Source: Tubiluchus corallicola (taxonomy: Eukaryota > Animalia > Priapulida). Taken from it: a DNA stretch of 64,000 bases. The stretch is taken from the NCBI GenBank assembly GCA_030141605.1, contig JAQGDQ010000526.1, positions 84,804 to 148,803 on the forward strand, given 5' to 3'. Shown piece by piece: positions 58,301 through 64,000 of this stretch; the first letter of the stretch is position 1; every line of letters starts with the position of its first letter. The position numbers and the translations under genes are program-made. The notes beneath the pieces are model-generated. The model was not told where the DNA came from, did no database searches, and worked only from the letters and a program-made list of their open reading frames with translations.

Positions 58301-61300
58301 AATCTCCATTTCATAGAGATCATTTTGATACCAAGCTCATTGCTCTATGTTATTTCTAAGCTGAGATAATCCACGTTGAAGTTGAGCCGGCTGAGCATTA
58401 AAAAACATAACATTGAGAAAATCGTTGAAAAGTCAGCCATTGCTTTTTGTCACATTTCTACACTTAGCAATGGCACAAATGTTGGTTGCTATGGACTTTA
58501 CAAGAGCACATTGAAGTCATACTTAAATCTAGTAGTCTGCTTTTCCTGACAAAAAAATTTGGGCTTGTCAATAGAAATAACCCGAAGCAAAATGACTGTT
58601 TCCACGAGCTACTATCAGAGTTTGAAAAAACAAGTTTTTTGCAATTGCAGTACTGGTTTCTAGCATGAGAAATGGGTACAGGGTTATAAAATTAGATCTT
58701 TTGAACATTTTCTTGATAATATGATTTAGAATATAAAAGTCCAATATTCAGCACTAATTTTGTTTTTATAAAAAAGGACGTTTGAACAAATTTTTGATGC
58801 ATTCTACTTTGACCCACCATAACGTAGTTTTAAGTATGCCGACTTATGGACGGTTTTGGTTTGCACGCACAAGTATGTGAAATGTTTCAAGCTTTACACA
58901 AAAATAATTGTCTCATGTTTCTACTACTAACACAGCCAGTGATTAGAATATCTATCTTTTTCTCACAGGTCTGCCTTTAAGCTACATCTATTTTTGCAGT
59001 GCTCATCATCCTCTATCTACGTGTATTATCATCAACTTTCTCTAGAATCAACATGTATCCAATGCTTTAAGCGTGCCGGGTCTGTCAAGATCGCAGACCC
59101 GGAACTTAAAATTATCGACCCTGCACATGTCTCGCCGGGTCGCATACTTAGTCTTCTCACCGTTTAATTGTGCATGACAAAGTACAAGTTAGCTAAGACA
59201 GGTCCTATATCCGAGATTTCGGGGACAAAAATGCTACAGGTGTCTAACTAACTACTGTTATACTACACATCTTACCTTGGTGGAATGCATTTAGAAAATG
59301 GTAAGAACTCCTTCTGTTGGCATTCATCAAATAATTTTTCCAGCGGTGTCTTCTTTAGCTGGCATATGCTTAGTTTCTAAACAAAGCAGTTTTACTAATA
59401 AAAGACATACATGCAAAAAAATGTCTAGTATTAAAATTTTAGAATAAGATCAGTTAACTCGTATAGCCTAACTCTATCCATAGCAAAATTGCCACTGAAT
59501 TCGTACAAATAACAATTAATCACATTGATTAAACCATCAATGAGACAAATCTCAACAACTCCCCAAAATTTAGTGTCAGGAGATTACAGCAACAATCCGA
59601 ACAAAATCTAAAGTTACAAGAAATAGTTCTTCTGTTGCAAATTATATTCATTTATATAATTAGTGTATAGTATCTGCCACACCTAATAAGAAATATAGGA
59701 TCAAGCATAACTTAAAAAAAATTTGGCAATCAAATGTATAAAAACTAACTATAATCCCCTTCACATGTTGCTTCACATCTCCTTGCCCTATATCCTTTAT
59801 CAAACTCCAATGTAACTAGAATTCAGTACATTTCGTAAATATTTCGTACCTCAAATGACAGGCACACATCGGCGGTGATATCTTTCCGATTTATCTCATA
59901 ATTTTCAACAGTATCCATAGGTGCAGTTCTTTCGATTATGTTCTTTGCATTAACCATTCGGCCGTGCAATTTTATCGGATCTGCTGTTTGTTTCAATTCC
60001 TGACTTAATTCATCAGCATTAGTCTGATTTTCGGAAGCAACTACATCGCAATTCTTGTAACTGCTACTGTGATATTTGGAAAAATGTTCTTCGTTTTCTT
60101 CTGCAATGGACGGCATGCGACAATCTTCATCTTCGCTCAAAGCATCAAAGCTAGAAAAAAGATTACGAGACATACCAAATGATTTTGATTCAGCTGCTAC
60201 ACTCCGCGTGAAATAACGAGCTTTTTCAGTTGTTAACCCACTTTCGTTTGCCGTGTTAGTGTTCTCTTTCATTCTAGCATGGTTACTACAACCATATCCT
60301 CTTCTCGTACAAACATTCACAGAATCAATCTTTATTGATGAATCAGAGGTTAACACTTTTCCTGCATCTTTATCACACCTATCAGGATGCGATAGATGCT
60401 GTCTTTGTTCGTGCTGCGCATCATATTTATAAGGTAAATTTGATATGCAACTTAAAACACAGTTCTGCGAGGTTAGGCTAGGACTATCAACAAATTCTAA
60501 CACATCGTGTGATCCATCCAAAGGCACAGGACTGAAATCTGTCTCAGGTTGCTTTTCCAACTTCTTTCTGAATGGTGTACTAGACCAGACAGGAGACATA
60601 GAGTGTGTGATGTGCTTTCGGCCAGTTCTGCCAACAAGACCTCGGCACAAAGACCTCTGAAGTAAGTTGCTCGTTTTCGTGCAGCTAGTAGGGTTTCCAT
60701 CACAGAGAATTAACTTATCAGCCTCATCAGAAATATTATTGGTTATCTTAGGAACTACGTCTGGAAAAATTTCAACTGATCCAACACTGGATGCCACATC
60801 GGGAAAAGCCACAAAAGGTGCGACATTCGACGAAGTACCATTAGATGCGGCGTCAACTAACTTTGAAGCATCAGGAGATTTCCATTCATCTGGCACGCCC
60901 AGTGTTTTCACAGGAGAGCACGAAACTTTCAGACTGTGTTCTTCAACTTCACTAAAATGAAACTGACTCAAAGAAGGATTACGCTGCTCCTCGTTATTGT
61001 TTTTCGTTTCCTTCTTTTTCTTTTTTGGTGCACGCTTAGCGTTAGATTTTGCTGGAGGAGGTTTCTTCTTCTTCGTGTCTTCTGAAGATGCATTTGGATC
61101 GTAGTATAAACGATGCGGATCCTAAAAAACATATGCACTGTGTGTAAATCAAGAAAGGTTGACACTCACCAACTAAATCTATGTACACGTTTTTGCACAA
61201 GTACGTCCGACACCAAACAAAAATCAAAGTGAACAACAAGTTTCAACTTAATCAAGCCCAACTTCCTAATCATTATTTACATAAGTAGGTACAGTATACA

Positions 61301-63209
61301 CACACACACACACAGACAAACACATCAAAAAATTAAATCAACTATCCATACTTCACAGAATTTTGAATCTTATTCAAGCAAGTCTTAAAAATATACGTTT
61401 TCTGCGTACATTCAACACCATGATATTTTATAAAATTATTTCACAAATTACAAACACAAAGAGACTAATATAGCTTGAACTTGTAGAGGGGACTACCTTT
61501 TGTGTATAAGACCTACAATTACAAGTTTAGCAATCATTATACACAAAAACAGCCAGCAAAGAATCAGCATCGGAAATGTATATCCGACACCGTGGAATTG
61601 CCCGTATGTATTTCTATAGTATGAACATGCCAAAGCATCAAGAGCAGCACGTGTACGGCGAAAAAGTGCTGTTCGTGTATGACGTAATTCATTTATGCAC
61701 AAACTTTTTTAAAAGAAATACAGTTTAATAGGCATAGCGATTGATGTGATTTATTAGCTCAAACTTCCCAAGTTGAATACAATCACATTAGTAGCAATTC
61801 AGTTCAGTTTTCTTTAAAATAGGCCAACAGTCAACAGATAATATTAGGTGAAAATGCCTGTCACGACCAATGCCTACATATTCTCACTTTTCAATCTACC
61901 TAATATGTGTACATATATCATGTACCAGCCTACCATGTGAGACCTGAAATGTCATTCATTTCGCCCATGGTATATTCTTGGCCTTCAGCCACAAAAATTT
62001 CAATGTATAAAACAGAAAGGTAGCAAAGCGAGTACGGTAATACAGGAAATTTTTAAAAATATGCCTACAAGTTTAAGTACTAGTTTAAAGAAAACTGGAC
62101 CCAATCTTAAACTGTAGGTCAAAACAATCTACTCGTTAAAATATTCAAAGGAAACATACTATTTTTCAAAAATGACTTACGTGAAAGAATTATTACCACA
62201 CAAACTCAAGTTTGCAAAGAAACAGGTACTGTACCTCTCAGATCAGATGTGTTAGTTTGTGAGCACAGCGGTAAATCTGATATATGAATTTTTATCTTAA
62301 AACTTGCTTAGTTTTAGTGCAGCACACTAAATCTTTTACAGCAGCTCCGCACTTCAATTTTCGCTTTTGCAAACACGTGCAACACGCTCATGGAATACTT
62401 TTCCTGTTGAAACTTGTGTTAGTATGTGAGTTGGGCTCGTCTGCCGTTGTTGAATAAGATTTTAATCTATTATTTAATTATCAGAAATGGTTATGCAAGC
62501 ATTAATTGTATTAAAATGTATACTTTTAAAAGACTTGCAAATAGGGTAGTATATGAAAAAACATCCTGTCTTCCTTTAGCACTTCAGTTTTCAAAGTCAA
62601 ATACAAGAAATGCATGCAATAACATTTTATTATTATCAAATTATTATCATTATTTATTACCTAATTTTTATAAATACACATGTATGCACATGACTGAAGT
62701 ATTAGCTGAACACTAGTGAATCTTATCAACAATTGCTACATCTCAGAAACAAGGAGAGGGTATTATTTACCATTTGTAAAACTAAGCAAACATTTAAAGC
62801 TACTATACTACATGTAGCAGTTTGCATGCGTAGACATGACAGCTCTATTTAAGCGCTTTATATGATATAACAGATTCATATGTCACGCTAAAAGCAAAAT
62901 TATGAAATAAATATATAGCATGCATATGGAAATTTTCACTTCCCAGTTTATATTTAACAGACTTATTTTACTTACCGAATTGTTAGTTTTTTTGCTCCCA
63001 TCTACAGCAAACAAATTACTTGAATGATCAGATTTTTCAGTAATTTTAGAATTACGTTTGCAATCGGATTGACTGCATGATGATGAAGAGCCAAATATGT
63101 CTGTCGATGATGTAACGACATCATCAAACAGTTCCTCATCAGAATTTTTAACAATGACTCGATTTTTACGTGCAAAGGTTTTGCACACTGGTCGCTGGCG
63201 CCGAGGCAT
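52333..63209 (-). CDS. HASPIN: Serine/threonine-protein kinase Haspin (histone H3T3 kinase), ~855 aa, 9 coding exons
   Basis: Exons 62976-63209, 59850-61121, 59276-59376, 57842-58018, 55818-55975, 55128-55201, 54320-54551, 53497-53599, 52333-52549; all phases join (2568 nt). Haspin-specific motifs: KIGEGVFGEVF, VLKIVP, FEHRDLHWGNVL, IDFTLSR (DYT-type, not DFG), DYQFEIYRLM, W..Y.PYTNVLWIHY; long low-complexity, basic N-terminus. Confidence 0.95.
54703..54966 (+). mobile_element. Dispersed repeat (Kolobok-like TTAA|AGG end), copy in a Haspin intron
   Basis: Reverse complement of 63604-63875 over ~260 bp. Confidence 0.7.
57213..57820 (+). mobile_element. Dispersed non-autonomous repeat (Kolobok-like end), copy 2
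   Basis: Colinear with 5331-5946 plus 6403-6420; begins ttaaagga. Confidence 0.65.
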
Positions 63210-63603
63210 TCCACACCCTAAAAATGAAATTAGATTAGAGTTAAAACATGTAAGTCTAACGAACTGTTACTCCGTTAGAGAAGATGACAGTTGAAAAACA
63301 TAATGCAGCTGGTGCTGGTGTCTTAAATTAAAACCGGGAATGATTGTTTAGACTCAATCTTATTTTAATTTATTGTCCAAAATATACGTTTTCTTGACTA
63401 TAAAAGTTAGTAATTGCTTCTTATATTTTAATAATTAGCTTAGAAAGTTAATTAATGGCAGCCGAACACAGCTATTGCTTACGTCAGAAACTAACCACAG
63501 TTTGTGCAATAACAGGCATCTTCCCTTGCGCGTCAAGCACGTTTGCGTAAGCATTACTGTTTAAACATGTGATGTCACGAAAATGGGCTCTACATCATAT
63601 GGT

Positions 63604-63875
63604 GTCAGAAACTAACACAGCAGTTCATGATCATGATTATCATGGTACCGTCTTCTATTTGTCGGCCACACTTATGTGATAAAAATGCGCCGTTGCCAAT
63701 CTTAGTAGATTCACTGAGCCGTGCGTAGCTTTCAAAGTTTAACAAAATTTGAGTATCCATGGTAATCATTATTTAATCTGAGCTTTGATTTAAAAAAAGC
63801 TATTGTAGTTTTTAATATTTTAGAGAATTCTTTATTCTGATGTAACTTTTACACAATCGTTCGGTTTTCTTTTAA
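63604..63875 (-). mobile_element. Dispersed repeat upstream of Haspin, inverted copy of 54703-54966
   Basis: Shares ctacaatagcttttttaaatcaaagctcagattaaataatgattacca..ctcagtgaatctactaagattggcaa in opposite orientation. Confidence 0.7.
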
Positions 63876-64000
63876 ATGAAAGTGTTATCCATTTACAAAT
63901 ACTAGATGTTCGATTGGATAAAAATGTGCATGTAATTGATGAGGTCTTAAAGATCGGATACCGACACATGCCGTGTCACACAGACTGCAACTTTTACTAG

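Noticed and set aside
59823-60971. Stand-alone 382-aa gene
   Set aside because: It is the interior of Haspin exon 2 (59850-61121)
62181-62470. Additional Haspin exon (good donor at 62180)
   Set aside because: The frames I tested contain stops, and exon 62976-63209 already splices in frame to 61121

Overview
AT-rich, intron- and repeat-rich eukaryotic DNA, evidently from an invertebrate animal, not a prokaryote. I spliced four genes by hand. (1) The last five coding exons of a GABA-B-receptor-like class C GPCR (+, 1229-7148). (2, 3) Two tandem 11-exon DEG/ENaC (ASIC/amiloride-sensitive) channel paralogues on the minus strand (copy A 11813-26567, copy B 31418-47273), produced by a ~18-20 kb duplication that includes introns and flanks. 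(4) A complete 9-exon Haspin kinase gene (-, 52333-63209). Introns and spacers hold microsatellites, a 39-bp minisatellite, decayed LINE, Penelope, pogo and Sola-like transposon remnants, MITEs and foldback repeats. The best candidate for new biology is the channel pair. The paralogues differ mainly in a Tyr/Asp-rich extracellular loop. Copy A has a 13-nt deletion at the start of its pore (TM2) exon, so it is a pseudogene, a pore-less subunit, or is rescued by a 7-nt microexon visible only in that copy. Most long ORFs in the supplied track are repeat artefacts. All family calls come from motif recognition; no database searches were run.
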